From Octopus sinensis (Eukaryota), in contig NC_043003.1 in assembly GCF_006345805.1 (NCBI RefSeq), forward strand, positions 50,964,001-51,028,000: a stretch of 64,000 nucleotides of DNA, in the 5' to 3' direction. A model generated the notes under the pieces. That model was not told where the DNA came from. It was given only the letters and a program-made list of their open reading frames with translations, and ran no database searches. Below are positions 63,306 through 64,000 of this stretch, in pieces. How positions within the stretch are numbered: the first letter of the stretch is position 1; each line of letters starts with the position of its first letter. A program made the position numbers and the translations under genes.

Positions 63306-64000
63306 TTGGGTAATCCCCTAAATAATACGGGGTTTTTAATACTTCTTTTATTTTTCAAAATTAAGGTAAACAAAGTTCCTTTTCTAATCTAAAATATACT
63401 CTCCTTCCTATTCTACAATGCTCTTCCATCAATCTAGTAGACTTGCAAGGCTCCTCTTCCAAAATTCACTTGTCCGTGACGAAAAATACTCCTCCTGTAC
63501 TGTTCTGACCTCGTCTACAGAATTCATATTTTTTCCGTCGAAATGATTTTGAAGACTGCGGAATAATCAGATGGGGCAATGTCCAGCGAATATGGTAGGA
63601 GGGGCATCGTTTCCCATCCAAACTACTACAGTCTTTGGAATGTCATCCTCGCTGTAAGTGGTCGAACATTATCCTGATGGAAGAACACCTTTCATCTTGA
63701 AAACAAAGATGGTCATTTTTCTTCTAGCGCAGGTGTCGATGAATAGTTGCATGACCAAACCCAAGCTTCTCTGCAAATTCCTCAACAGTTGCGATGGGAT
63801 TTTGCTCTACCAGGTTTTGCTGGGCGTCCTCGTCGAACTCTGCAGATCTTCCAGGACGAAGCTCGTCTTCTAGGCTGCAGTTTCCGGCTCGGAATATCTG
63901 GATCAACCGTTGACACTGGCTTACGCTCATTGTCCGATCCCCATATACTGCATTAATATTCCTCGCAATTTCCGTTGCGTTGTTGCCTTTATTCAACTCC
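63306..64000 (-). mobile_element. Mariner (DD34D) element, internally deleted, runs off the window
   Basis: HTH NKGNNATEIARNI..LEDELRPGR; FHQDN-(34 aa)-APSDY with stops; the first catalytic D region is missing; TA plus TIR-like TTGGGTAATCCCCTAAATAATACGG at 63304. Confidence 0.85.

Overview
AT-rich, microsatellite-saturated animal genomic DNA. The SINE, LINE and Penelope repertoire looks like a coleoid cephalopod, probably Octopus; this is inferred from recalled repeat types, not from a search. I could not confidently identify any host protein-coding gene. Long ORFs in the track are mostly translations of (TA)n/(CA)n/(GATA)n tracts, chance ORFs or transposon relics. Recognisable content: (1) more than 30 copies or fragments of at least five tRNA-derived or unclassified SINE-like families, labelled A-E here; (2) LINE relics: a CR1-like 3' end, several RTE pieces including a ~2 kb single-frame RT copy, and Tx1/L1-like fragments; (3) several Penelope-like (PLE) relics; (4) a complete ~1.25 kb Tc1-family element with a DD36E triad, and an internally deleted DD34D mariner; (5) a complete 467-bp non-autonomous Helitron; (6) two TIR/foldback elements. 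The most interesting signals are three. First, a PLE 3' pseudo-LTR carries five inverted-CCAAT-N12-CRE modules followed by TATA, a perfect Kozak ATG and a splice donor (55.2-55.7 kb). Second, a ~450-bp tandem/inverted repeat carries a conserved hammerhead-ribozyme-like fold, resembling a retrozyme (11.7-13.4 kb). Third, about nine hammerhead-like motifs are spread across the window. There is also direct evidence of SINE tail swapping and a SINE/RTE shared 3' end. All folds and alignments were done by eye and need computational confirmation. Boundaries of degenerate repeats are approximate (about +/-20 bp).
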